From Oscillospiraceae bacterium (GTDB lineage Bacteria > Bacillota > Clostridia > Oscillospirales > Ruminococcaceae), in NCBI GenBank assembly GCA_018110905.1, contig JAGBAZ010000035.1:20767-84766 (forward strand): DNA of 64,000 nt. Reading direction: 5' to 3'. The number at the start of each line of letters is the position of its first letter. Position 1 is the stretch's first letter. Below, piece by piece: positions 37,189 to 45,709 of this stretch. The translations under genes and the position numbers were made by a program. Under the pieces are notes generated by a model that was not told the origin of the DNA, did not search any database, and worked only from the letters and a program-made list of their open reading frames with translations.

Positions 37189-38565
37189 TTACCTCTCTCT
37201 CGATCGTTGTCTGATTTTTTCTTTTTCCAAAACGGAAACTTCCATTTCCATTTCCGTTTTTAAAAGTTCTTTGATTTTCGGAATGTTTTCCGCTATTTCT
37301 TCTGCGGTTTTCTTTCGTTTTCGTAAAGGCGCTATCTCTGCGGAAATATCTTTTGCTCTCTGTTTTAATTTTTCCTCTTCTTCGGGCGTTTTAACCCTCC
37401 GGATTTTGTTATAGATTTTCTGACGCTCGTTTTCGAGATTTTTTATCTTTTCTTCCGTTTCTTCGATAAATGAAAGAAGCTCCTCACCGGTTTCGATTTC
37501 GAATCCGGCAAGAAGCCTTATCTGCTCATTGTATTTATCCAATTTTCTGACCTCATCACGCAGTAGCGGCGAAACGGGTCTTTTCCTTTCCGGCGCATTA
37601 AGGTTCAGCGCATGCAGGAGCATATCTATGAATATCTGCATCAACAGCTGAATCGCGTCCATCTGCATGGCTTTTCTAAATTCTATCTCAATTTCATAAA
37701 GCGGAGTCTTCGGTTTCTTAATCCAGTTCCGCGGTTCAAATTCCGGGTGGTTGGGATTTTGCAAAATACGCTTTTTGATATTTTCCTCGGTATATTTTTC
37801 TCCGAGAGAATCTATGCGGACAGCTCTTTTCCAGCCAGGTGCGATGATTGACGGGTGCGCATAGTTTCCGTTTCTCACATATCGGTAACCCAGCATCATA
37901 AGCTGATGATCGAACTGCTGCCTCGTCATCGCAACGGAAAGTGCCTCATCAATATCTCTTTTGAGCATATCTCTGTGGGTCATGCCGCCGTTCTTATGGA
38001 TCCAGTATTCTTTCTTTTTGCCCTTGCCGTAAAAGTTTGAACCCTTCAGAACGGATTTTCCGTATTCCTTGCATATCTCGTCCGATTCTTCCCGGAGCGC
38101 AATATGGTCGCGGATATGGTTTTCGTATTTCTTTCCGTCAACGAATGATACAGAATTTATGACTATATGATTATGGATATTGTCCGTATTGAGATGGGTG
38201 GTGACTACTATCTCGAATCTTCCTCCCCACATTCTTCTTGCGGTTTTGACGCCGATTTCGTGCGCTTCTTCGGGAGTGACTTCTCCGGTTTTAAAGCTCT
38301 GATAACCATGATATGCAACGTTTCCGCCCTGTTTTCCGAATCTCGCTTTAGTTGCGCTCATCTGTTCGTATGCGGTTTTCGGTGAGCAGTTTATGCCACT
38401 TACATACATCTTTTTATCGGTTTTACTGTCATTTTCCGCATAGCGGATAACATACCACAAATCCTCATCGACACATTTTTTATCAATTGTCTTATCCGGG
38501 TTTTCGGCATAATCTATCACATCTTTGAGCCTGCTTTTAACAGGCCAGAATCCCGTTGTTGCCAT
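37189..38565 (-). CDS. relaxase/mobilization nuclease (MobA/VirD2-type relaxase domain)
   Basis: HLNTDNIHNHIVINSV histidine triad (HxDxxxxHxH-like). Long C-terminal coiled coil. Start overlaps the mobC stop. Confidence 0.82.
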   Translation of the reverse strand: MATTGFWPVKSRLKDVIDYAENPDKTIDKKCVDEDLWYVIRYAENDSKTDKKMYVSGINCSPKTAYEQMSATKARFGKQGGNVAYHGYQSFKTGEVTPEEAHEIGVKTARRMWGGRFEIVVTTHLNTDNIHNHIVINSVSFVDGKKYENHIRDHIALREESDEICKEYGKSVLKGSNFYGKGKKKEYWIHKNGGMTHRDMLKRDIDEALSVAMTRQQFDHQLMMLGYRYVRNGNYAHPSIIAPGWKRAVRIDSLGEKYTEENIKKRILQNPNHPEFEPRNWIKKPKTPLYEIEIEFRKAMQMDAIQLLMQIFIDMLLHALNLNAPERKRPVSPLLRDEVRKLDKYNEQIRLLAGFEIETGEELLSFIEETEEKIKNLENERQKIYNKIRRVKTPEEEEKLKQRAKDISAEIAPLRKRKKTAEEIAENIPKIKELLKTEMEMEVSVLEKEKIRQRSRER

Positions 38566-38894
38566 TATCCGCCCACCGATTTCTTTATCTCGTCTGCGTT
38601 TTCTTTTCCCGGAGAGAGAAACTGCAGACGCATATCTTCGATAAGGGAATCAAGTTTTCTTTCCGCTTCCGGGGAATTTTTATCGAGCTTTTCATTTATT
38701 CGGTAGAGATGATTCATAATGGAATACCATTCAACCGGAGGAATCTCTCTCGGAGAAAATCCCAAAGCCCTTTGCCTCATATATTCCGAAACGGATATTC
38801 CGCATTTCTTTGCGGTGGATTCAATCTTTTTCTTTTCCTGCGGCGATACCCTTAAATCCAGCCGCATTGTCCTTTCTTTTTCATTTCTGTTCAT
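38565..38894 (-). CDS. mobC: MobC-family relaxosome accessory protein
   Basis: RLDLRVSPQEKKKIESTAKKCGISVSEYMRQRALG (ribbon-helix-helix MobC signature), immediately upstream of the relaxase gene. Confidence 0.78.
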   Translation of the reverse strand: MNRNEKERTMRLDLRVSPQEKKKIESTAKKCGISVSEYMRQRALGFSPREIPPVEWYSIMNHLYRINEKLDKNSPEAERKLDSLIEDMRLQFLSPGKENADEIKKSVGG

Positions 38895-38923
38895 TAAAAT
38901 CAGCTCCTTTCCAATTCGGGGTT

Positions 38924-38973
38924 TCAGGGGTTACCCCTGACAAGCGGAACTTGCCGTACAAGTTCCCTGCTTG
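38924..38973. promoter_or_regulatory. candidate oriT: two adjacent inverted repeats just upstream of mobC
   Basis: tcaggggt-t-acccctga (38924-38940) and caagc-ggaacttg-ccgta-caagttcc-ct-gcttg (38941-38973). Confidence 0.4.
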
Positions 38974-39294
38974 TTATTGCATAAGACAGGAATTCTCCTC
39001 TCCCTGTCTTTCAACCTTTCGGAGATATGGGATTCCCTTTTTGTTTTTCTCAAAAGTGATTAAAAGCTTTGCTCCTTTCTCAATATCCTGGATTCCGAGA
39101 TAATTATCTTTCTGCCATGCGGAAGCGATAATTTTTCTTCCGTCAGAAAGAGTGAAAAAGGCAAGAATGTTGATACTGTTGCCCCAATATCTGTCATCAA
39201 GAGTTGCTTCAAAAGTGCCTTCCCGGTCAATGTACTGATATTCATCGGTGCACATTCCGTTATAATAAGATTTTCTGATAGAACAAGTTTTCAT
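38974..39294 (-). CDS. hypothetical protein (106 aa)
   Basis: Start at ATG 39294 (MKTCSIRK) with an AAGGAGGAT RBS. No motif recognised. Confidence 0.45.
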   Translation of the reverse strand: MKTCSIRKSYYNGMCTDEYQYIDREGTFEATLDDRYWGNSINILAFFTLSDGRKIIASAWQKDNYLGIQDIEKGAKLLITFEKNKKGIPYLRKVERQGEENSCLMQ

Positions 39295-39524
39295 AAATAA
39301 ATCCTCCTTAAAAAATGTAATGCCAAAATGATGCCGCCTTGATTTTTCTGCATCAAAAAACGGCATCACTTTGATGCCGTCAGTTTCCGAGAAACATATC
39401 AACCGAATCCAGAAGATCGTTTTCTTCCGAAAGTTCCTCGGTTTTAATAATGTATAATGGTTTTAACCACCTCTTTTCTGAATTTTTGCATAAAAATAAC
39501 ACCTGCCGAAAATAACAGGTGTTA

Positions 39525-40451
39525 TCATATGATTTTTCTGCTTTCAAATCCGAAATCTTCGCCGGTAAACTTTTGGTAAGCCAAACCGATTTTTCGGATT
39601 CGCTTCAAAACTCCGGAATGGTTTTTATACCCGAGTTTTTCCGCAATGCTCTCTAGCGTATATCCATCCATACGCATTTCGAGAATTTCAAGATCTTTTT
39701 TGCCGAGGGTTGCTTTGAAATTATCCACCAGAATTTGAGATGTTACATATTCCTCAACATTTTCATCAATGTTCCGGCTTTCGTCCTCCACATCCCACTG
39801 TATGCCGTCATGGTTTTCTTCATAGGTTTTTCTGAAATCTTCAAGCGATATCATAGGATGCTTTGTTCTTGTGTGATACCAATTTCTGAAGAAATTTCTT
39901 ATCTCATAACTTCCCTGTCTGAAATCTTCAAAACACGGCATTTCTTCTGACAGTTTTTTGATTTTGCTGAATTTATATTTTTCATCGACTTTTCGCATCA
40001 TTACGTAAATTGCTTCTTCAACCTCCATAGCAGAAGGGTAATAAACAATATTAAACGGATGCCAAATCATCATATCCTGCAGGGTCGGGATAAAGCCCAT
40101 TTCTGTCAGCTCTTTAGCCCAAAGCGGAAAGCAGCTTAAAAGATATTTTGTCGGTTCATATGGTGAAAGAGCTTCATAGTTTTTTCCTCTGCAAAACAAA
40201 GGCCAGATCATCGCCGCATATGAATTCATAAGGAAATTCAAAAAAATATCGCTTTCTATTATTCGTCGATATTCTTCGTTAAGAACAAGTTCCGCCGGCA
40301 CTCTCGGCAATTTCAGAATATCGTTCCAGGTTCCTTCAAACAGTTCCTTTGGTATGGCGAAGAACGCCGGTATATATTCCATATGCCGTAAGAGTGGTAC
40401 ACCAACAGCAAAAAGATCATTTTCCCGGTCTATTATTTCGTTATCTTCCAT
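39525..40451 (-). CDS. sigma-70-family-like protein (region 4 HTH) of mobile-element type
   Basis: C-terminal LEILEMRMDGYTLESIAEKLGYKNHSGVLKRIRKIGLAYQKF resembles sigma-70 region 4. The N-terminal ~230 aa are divergent. Confidence 0.6.
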   Translation of the reverse strand: MEDNEIIDRENDLFAVGVPLLRHMEYIPAFFAIPKELFEGTWNDILKLPRVPAELVLNEEYRRIIESDIFLNFLMNSYAAMIWPLFCRGKNYEALSPYEPTKYLLSCFPLWAKELTEMGFIPTLQDMMIWHPFNIVYYPSAMEVEEAIYVMMRKVDEKYKFSKIKKLSEEMPCFEDFRQGSYEIRNFFRNWYHTRTKHPMISLEDFRKTYEENHDGIQWDVEDESRNIDENVEEYVTSQILVDNFKATLGKKDLEILEMRMDGYTLESIAEKLGYKNHSGVLKRIRKIGLAYQKFTGEDFGFESRKII

Positions 40452-40655
40452 GATTTCTCACCTCCTTAATATTAAATGGCATATAAAGCACAAAATTGTT
40501 CCTGTTTTTACAAAATAAATTTAACATTTTTATTTGTCTAAAAAACATATATTTTGTGAACAATAAAAATTTTATATAAGATTTTGTATTTTGTTAGAAA
40601 AACTATATATTTTTTCTTACAAAACTCAAAAAACGTGTATAATATTTTAATTTCT

Positions 40656-40715
40656 GGCTAAAATACGATTGCATCGTATTTTAGCCTTGACAATGTACAT
40701 GCTTTTTATTAAAAT
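40656..40715 (+). promoter_or_regulatory. 31-nt perfect palindrome abutting a consensus-like promoter of the ATPase gene
   Basis: ggctaaaatacga-ttgca-tcgtattttagcc (40656-40686), directly followed by TTGACA (40687-40692), a 17-nt spacer and TAAAAT (40710-40715). Confidence 0.45.
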
Positions 40716-40750
40716 ATATGTAGTATATAAGCGAACGAAAGGAGATGTTC

Positions 40751-41974
40751 ATGATGTACATCAAACGAGATATTGAGGAAAAAATCATCGCGCTTTCAAA
40801 AGAATATTCCTGCGTTCTGATTACCGGTCCGAGACAGGTTGGCAAAACAACCGTGCTGAAACAGCTGATGAATGATGACCGTGAATACGTAACTCTTGAT
40901 GACCTTGAAGAGCGCAGACTTGCAAAAAACGATCCGGCTCTCTTCCTTCAGCTTCACAATATTCCAATTCTTATTGACGAAGTCCAGTATGCTCCGGAAT
41001 TATTCTCGTATATAAAAATCGCCATTGATAACGGAGCCGCTCCCGGCTCTTTCTGGCTTACCGGTTCCCAGGCTTTCAAGATGATGGAGCTTGCACAGGA
41101 ATCTCTTGCCGGACGCGTTGCGATTCTTCATATGCCTTCCCTTTCTCAGCATGAAATATACGGAAAAGGTAAAAATACACCTTTTATCCCTGACCTTGAA
41201 CTTTTGAAAGAGCGCAGAAAAAATGGAAGTCCTGTTGATTTGAATGAGATTTACGAAAGGATCTGGAAAGGTTCTCTTCCCGGATATGTAAGTGAAAAGT
41301 TCAGCGACAGAAACGTATTCTATTCGAGCTATATCCAGACTTATATTGACCGCGACGTAAGCGAACTCATTTCCAACGTTGATAAACTTGCGTTCAGAGA
41401 TTTTATCAGGGCAGCAGCATGCAGAGCAGGACAGATGCTCAATATTCACGATATCGCACAGGATGTGGGCGTTTCCGATGACACGGCGAAACGCTGGCTC
41501 CAGGTTCTTGAAAAATCCGATATTATTTTCTATTTGCGTCCGTATTCGAACAATCTTCTTAAAAGAACTATCAAAACACCTAAAATGTACTTTTTCGATA
41601 CCGGACTTATCGCATATCTGACGCGATACTCTTCTCCGGAGATTCTTCAAAACGGTGCAATAAACGGAGCAATTCTTGAAAACTACGTTGTTTCCGAAAT
41701 TATTAAGAGCTATCACAACTGCGCCGAGGAATGTCTTATCTGGTATTACCGCGACAAAGAAAGCAACGAAATTGATATGGTTATGGAAAGCGACGGAGTT
41801 CTTAATCCTCTTGAAATTAAACGTTCCGTAAATCCCGGCAGCGAGCTTATCGGAGCATTTTCAATACTCGACAAAGGTTCCGTTCCCCGCGGCAAAGGCG
41901 CGATTCTCTGTATGCGTCCCGAACTCTCCGCAATTAATGCAGACAACTTTATTGTTCCTATCTGGATGATTTAA
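40751..41974 (+). CDS. AAA-family ATPase of the AAA_14/DUF4143 type
   Basis: Walker A ITGPRQVGKTT and Walker B ILIDEVQYAP. The C-terminal region is typical of DUF4143 proteins (FFDTGLIAYL). Start chosen at ATG 40751 for RBS spacing. Confidence 0.78.
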   Translation: MMYIKRDIEEKIIALSKEYSCVLITGPRQVGKTTVLKQLMNDDREYVTLDDLEERRLAKNDPALFLQLHNIPILIDEVQYAPELFSYIKIAIDNGAAPGSFWLTGSQAFKMMELAQESLAGRVAILHMPSLSQHEIYGKGKNTPFIPDLELLKERRKNGSPVDLNEIYERIWKGSLPGYVSEKFSDRNVFYSSYIQTYIDRDVSELISNVDKLAFRDFIRAAACRAGQMLNIHDIAQDVGVSDDTAKRWLQVLEKSDIIFYLRPYSNNLLKRTIKTPKMYFFDTGLIAYLTRYSSPEILQNGAINGAILENYVVSEIIKSYHNCAEECLIWYYRDKESNEIDMVMESDGVLNPLEIKRSVNPGSELIGAFSILDKGSVPRGKGAILCMRPELSAINADNFIVPIWMI

Positions 41975-41982
41975 GACAAAAA

Positions 41983-42006
41983 AGCTCCCCGAAAAATCGG
42001 GGAGCT
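41983..42006. terminator. bidirectional rho-independent terminator
   Basis: agctccccg-aaaaat-cggggagct flanked by an A-run and a T-run, between convergent genes. Confidence 0.75.
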
Positions 42007-42033
42007 TTTTTATATACTTACGAAAGCAAATTA

Positions 42034-42942
42034 TTAGTTTTCATTATATGCACGGTTGATTAAATGCTGGGCTTTCTCAAAATCCTCCGTGCTTTTTATG
42101 ATAATTCTGAGGTCGCCGGTTCCCCAGTGTCCCTTTGTTCTGACATCTTCAACAAATCCTGGAATCAGATCTACCGTATCAGGATTAAGCTTCAAATGGA
42201 GTAAAACCGAACTCTGATAAACTTCTACGCAAACAACATTTTTTGATTTTTTAAACGCAACATAAAGTTTCAATTGGTTTTCAGTAATATCATCACCAAG
42301 AGAAAGAATGTATTCTTTAATTGTATAAAAAAGATTTTGATTTTTTTCGCCGGCTTCTGCAAGATACTGGTTAAAATCTTTATCTTTCCAACCACTTTTC
42401 TTTGCCGGTTGAGAAATCGTATCATCAGTTACCGGCTGAACATGAGGAGCGTTCAAATGTTCCAGAGCAATCAAATCATCACCAAATTTACGGTAACGAA
42501 CAAGTTTTATGTTCCTTTGCATTTGGTTAACTGCATGTTCATCAAATTTAGTAAAATCATTGGCGATGCAGATAACGCAGGGCATACTCCAATCTATTAA
42601 ATCTGCCTTTTCTGGCCCGAGCACTTCCATAACCAAAAGTTTAAAATCTGCTTTATGGTCAAGTAACCAATCAAGATAAAACAAGCCCTGATTTATAACG
42701 TTCTCATTCATGCTACGTTTGTATTCAAAAATAACCGGGCAATTGTTTTCATCTATACCAATACTGTCCATACGGCCATTGGTAATACGATACTCGGATT
42801 TCAGAAAAGTAACTCCGAAAAAGGTTGACATATTTTCTTCAAGTAATTTCTGCAGTTCTTTCTCTAAAGTTACTTGTTTGGAAGGCAATTCTTCAACTTT
42901 TCCTTTTATGCTAAAGAGTTTGATGTCAGCCATTTCTTTCAT
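42034..42942 (-). CDS. PD-(D/E)xK nuclease-like protein (NucS/DUF91-like N-domain plus DUF5655-like C-domain)
   Basis: GRMDSIGIDENNCPVIFEYKR fits the D...E-x-K restriction-endonuclease-fold motif. The C-terminal half resembles DUF5655-type domains. Confidence 0.55.
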   Translation of the reverse strand: MKEMADIKLFSIKGKVEELPSKQVTLEKELQKLLEENMSTFFGVTFLKSEYRITNGRMDSIGIDENNCPVIFEYKRSMNENVINQGLFYLDWLLDHKADFKLLVMEVLGPEKADLIDWSMPCVICIANDFTKFDEHAVNQMQRNIKLVRYRKFGDDLIALEHLNAPHVQPVTDDTISQPAKKSGWKDKDFNQYLAEAGEKNQNLFYTIKEYILSLGDDITENQLKLYVAFKKSKNVVCVEVYQSSVLLHLKLNPDTVDLIPGFVEDVRTKGHWGTGDLRIIIKSTEDFEKAQHLINRAYNEN

Positions 42943-43237
42943 CCTCCGAATTTATTTTTGCAAGTTTTGATGTCAAAAAATCGATTTGAAACTGGACATT
43001 ATTTATTATCGTATTGTTATCTGCCATTTGAAGAATTACCGTACCGCTTTCAGCTTGTTTCAAAGCAGTTGCTGCTACTAATTCTATATTTTTGCTTCGT
43101 ATTTCATTTATCTTTTGGATAGCATAATTACAATCAAGAAAACCTGTTGTATTGAATATGGCAACAATGTTTTGCAGTTCCAAAATATCTTTAGTGATTT
43201 CAGTTTTATCAAATTCCTTTTTTATAGAATTACTCAC
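42926..43237 (-). CDS. hypothetical protein (103 aa)
   Basis: Overlaps the start of the nuclease-like gene by 17 nt. Helical, with no motif recognised. Confidence 0.4.
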   Translation of the reverse strand: MSNSIKKEFDKTEITKDILELQNIVAIFNTTGFLDCNYAIQKINEIRSKNIELVAATALKQAESGTVILQMADNNTIINNVQFQIDFLTSKLAKINSEDERNG

Positions 43238-43404
43238 ATTGTTCGCTCCTCTCGTCTACAAACTATTTGTTTTCCGTTTGAAAGCAATTTTATGCTTTTG
43301 TTAAAAACAGCATATTCCTTTTTAAGTAAAATAGCAATAGCTTTTTATAAAAACCGCCTGAATAGAAAAAGGACTCTCAAAATTTAATAATGAGAGTCCT
43401 TTTC

Positions 43405-43782
43405 TTATTTACAAATTATTTCCCGGTTGATTATTTCTTCGGCCCTATTGCGTATATTGTTCATTCTTTGAACCCATTCCATTTGATTTCGCTCTTTGAG
43501 CATCTCGTTTACACCCTCGTGCTCGTATATTTGTTTAATGAGCATAGCTTTCATATTTTGAGCACGCTCGTCAATCTCCACAAGGTATGCATTCAATTTT
43601 CCAGTTGTCAGCAGATTTGTGTAACGCACTTTTTTGTGCTGTTTTATATATCTGAGGTGCCGCATACCCCAAATACCTATTTCTTTTTCTTCAATTTGTA
43701 GTGGAAGAAGATTTGGGAGATAATATTCTCCGCAAAGAGTGTAATCAAGTCCGTTTTTCTTGTTATAAATTGTCAGTTCCAT
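43405..43782 (-). CDS. tnpV: TnpV-like transposon-encoded protein
   Basis: MELTIYNKKNGLDYTLCGEYYLPNL...IGIWGMRHLRYIKQHKKVRYTNLLTTGKLNAYLVEID is characteristic of TnpV of clostridial mobilizable transposons. Start at ATG 43782 with an AGAGGTGAG RBS. Confidence 0.72.
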   Translation of the reverse strand: MELTIYNKKNGLDYTLCGEYYLPNLLPLQIEEKEIGIWGMRHLRYIKQHKKVRYTNLLTTGKLNAYLVEIDERAQNMKAMLIKQIYEHEGVNEMLKERNQMEWVQRMNNIRNRAEEIINREIICK

Positions 43783-43786
43783 GTGC

Positions 43787-43969
43787 TCACCTCTTTGCAA
43801 ACCATTTTATTTTCGGCTTGGTATCTATAATCTTTATCATAAGATCATCCACCGCATCCGTATATCGACCTTGCTGAATAAGAGAATTTCTTAAAACATT
43901 CAGAGCATTTATTACTATTCTGTATTCATAGCCATCAAGTTCCAGACAATATTTTTTCTCCATGCTCAA
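43787..43969 (-). CDS. tnpW: TnpW-like small transposon-encoded protein
   Basis: 60 aa, LELDGYEYRIVINALNVLRNSLIQQGRYTDAVDDLMIKI, located directly upstream of tnpV. Confidence 0.55.
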   Translation of the reverse strand: MSMEKKYCLELDGYEYRIVINALNVLRNSLIQQGRYTDAVDDLMIKIIDTKPKIKWFAKR

Positions 43970-44259
43970 TCCTCCTTCAGCATACCGTTTTCCGGCAGAA
44001 CGAATACATCATAAGTAAATCTTGCCCCTAATCTGAATCCAGTAACAAAGCTATCAACAACTGATTTTCCGTCAACGATTCCCCAAGCATCGACATATTC
44101 GAGGAATAATTTCTTGTCTTCCAACGGAAGCTTTTCCAAAAGCACGTCCTCATTTTCATATAATACTTTCATTTCTCTGCTGTAATTTCTGCTTTCTTTC
44201 CGCTTTTTGTTTTGCGGTTCAATGTTCCCATAATAAAGCTCTTCAATAAAATTTACCAT
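43966..44259 (-). CDS. small conserved mobile-element protein (97 aa)
   Basis: LYYGNIEPQ N-terminal motif seen in small proteins of clostridial transposons. First gene behind the 44280-44315 promoter-like motif. AAGGAGG RBS. Confidence 0.5.
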   Translation of the reverse strand: MVNFIEELYYGNIEPQNKKRKESRNYSREMKVLYENEDVLLEKLPLEDKKLFLEYVDAWGIVDGKSVVDSFVTGFRLGARFTYDVFVLPENGMLKED

Positions 44260-44279
44260 TATTTTCGCCTCCTTTGACC

Positions 44280-44315
44280 ATATTTTAGCAAAGGAATTTT
44301 TATTTGGCGAATGTG
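44280..44315 (-). promoter_or_regulatory. second copy of the promoter-like element CACATTCGCCAAA-N15-TAAAATAT
   Basis: Minus strand reads CACATTCGCCAAATAAAAATTCCTTTGCTAAAATAT, with the same 18-nt TTCGCC to TAAAAT spacing as at 32818-32853. Lies 20 nt upstream of the RBS of gene 43966-44259. Confidence 0.45.
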
Positions 44316-44327
44316 TGAAAACAAAAA

Positions 44328-44356
44328 AGACATTGCTACATATGAGAGCAATGTCT
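44328..44356. terminator. rho-independent terminator after the 169-aa gene
   Basis: agacattgct-acatatgag-agcaatgtct flanked by an A-run and a T-run. Confidence 0.7.
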
Positions 44357-44364
44357 TTTCTTAT

Positions 44365-44874
44365 TTATCCATTTTCAATAACCATATCCAACAGTTTCTG
44401 CCATTCATCAAACGATACAAAATGCATAAATTTCTCTTTATCAAAATCAGATGCTGCCATAAAACCGATGAACCCTTTTTGCTTATCAGAACCAACCATG
44501 CCCCAAACATATGAATGTACAATACAGTTGCACAACTCTTTTGTTTTTAGTGTAATGTTTTTTCCGTTATCGTAACTGAAAGCACATACTCTTCCACGGA
44601 AAGTCCAGCATTCATCACCGATGTAAGGAAATTTTATTGCAGAGATTGTAATGTCTTTAATGTTTTTACCTGGAAGAGTTATATTTTTGTCTTTTGCCAA
44701 TTTCTCCAACTCTATTTCTTCTTCAATGGCCTTCCGTATTATGACAGCGGAATATAGAATTGCACGGTCTAATTGGTGTCTGCTGTATTCACTATAAGCA
44801 GATGTTCTTTTCCAAAAAGATATTGCCCACGATAATTTTTTAAGTTCCCATTTCCATCTTCCGTCAAGAACCAT
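44365..44874 (-). CDS. hypothetical protein (169 aa), third gene of the TcmP operon
   Basis: 52 nt downstream of the three-Cys gene on the same strand, followed by a terminator. No motif recognised. Confidence 0.5.
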   Translation of the reverse strand: MVLDGRWKWELKKLSWAISFWKRTSAYSEYSRHQLDRAILYSAVIIRKAIEEEIELEKLAKDKNITLPGKNIKDITISAIKFPYIGDECWTFRGRVCAFSYDNGKNITLKTKELCNCIVHSYVWGMVGSDKQKGFIGFMAASDFDKEKFMHFVSFDEWQKLLDMVIENG

Positions 44875-44926
44875 AGGTCACCTCATTGCACAATGGTAAA
44901 ATCTTTTTCTGTTCATAAATTAGCAC

Positions 44927-45709
44927 TTATCTTATATCCTTCTCACACATATCTGTGACCGTTCCTTCTTTTATATGGCATTTCTTATTATTTTCTTTAC
45001 AAAATTCTTCAACTGTCTGCGCGCATGAATTAAAAAATTGTTTGTAGTTTCTATATTCTGACACTTTTTTGTTGTAATTTAGCCTTCCGAAAATAATTTT
45101 ATCGCAAAAGCTAATTGCTTCAAGAATTGTTTTTATATCTTGCTCAATAAAGTTCGGAGTAGGATATGGTTCAATACTAACCCATGTTTTACATCCTTTA
45201 TCATGCAAATTTTTTAAAGCTTGGATTCTTTCTTCAATGGGTGCAGCATATGGTTCAAAATTATTAATAAAATTTTTATTTAAAGAAACTAATGTTATAC
45301 CATATTCATTTTCCAACGACAAATCCGCAAGATTAATTGGCAAAATTCCTTTTGTTAGAACAGTACACTTAATACCTGCATTATTTAATTTTTTTATAAT
45401 CAAGTACGACATTTCTGAAACCTCTTTATATCCATACATAAATGGATCTGAAGTAAAACAAAGATGTACCGATTTAATTTTGTTTCTATATTTTGGAATT
45501 TCTTGATCAATTATGTCAAGAGCATTTTCAACTAGCTTTGGTTCGCACCACTCTTCGTAAGTCCTTGCCTTTCCAAATCGTTTTGCCATTGCCATCGCAT
45601 AGCAAGGATATTTGCAACCGTGGGAACACCCCTGAATATGGTTAATTGTATAATCTCCGTATTCTACGCCAGTCTTATACAACAATGATTTTCGTTTTAT
45701 ATGTTTCAT
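44927..45709 (-). CDS. three-Cys-motif radical-SAM-like protein (SplB/COG1533-like)
   Basis: NHIQGCSHGCKYPCYA is a CX3CX3C variant of the GC.HGC.YCYA motif of SplB-like radical SAM proteins. ATGA overlap with the upstream TcmP-like gene. Confidence 0.65.
   Translation of the reverse strand: MKHIKRKSLLYKTGVEYGDYTINHIQGCSHGCKYPCYAMAMAKRFGKARTYEEWCEPKLVENALDIIDQEIPKYRNKIKSVHLCFTSDPFMYGYKEVSEMSYLIIKKLNNAGIKCTVLTKGILPINLADLSLENEYGITLVSLNKNFINNFEPYAAPIEERIQALKNLHDKGCKTWVSIEPYPTPNFIEQDIKTILEAISFCDKIIFGRLNYNKKVSEYRNYKQFFNSCAQTVEEFCKENNKKCHIKEGTVTDMCEKDIR

Larger units (their letters stand above)
31143..44315 (-). mobile_element. integrative mobilizable element-like module (serine recombinase, ParB-like, MobC, relaxase, sigma-like, TnpV/TnpW) with cargo genes; right boundary uncertain
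   Basis: Co-oriented recombination and mobilization genes, no conjugative T4SS genes, a shared promoter motif at both ends (32818-32853 and 44280-44315), and TnpV/TnpW homologs as in clostridial mobilizable transposons. Confidence 0.5.
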
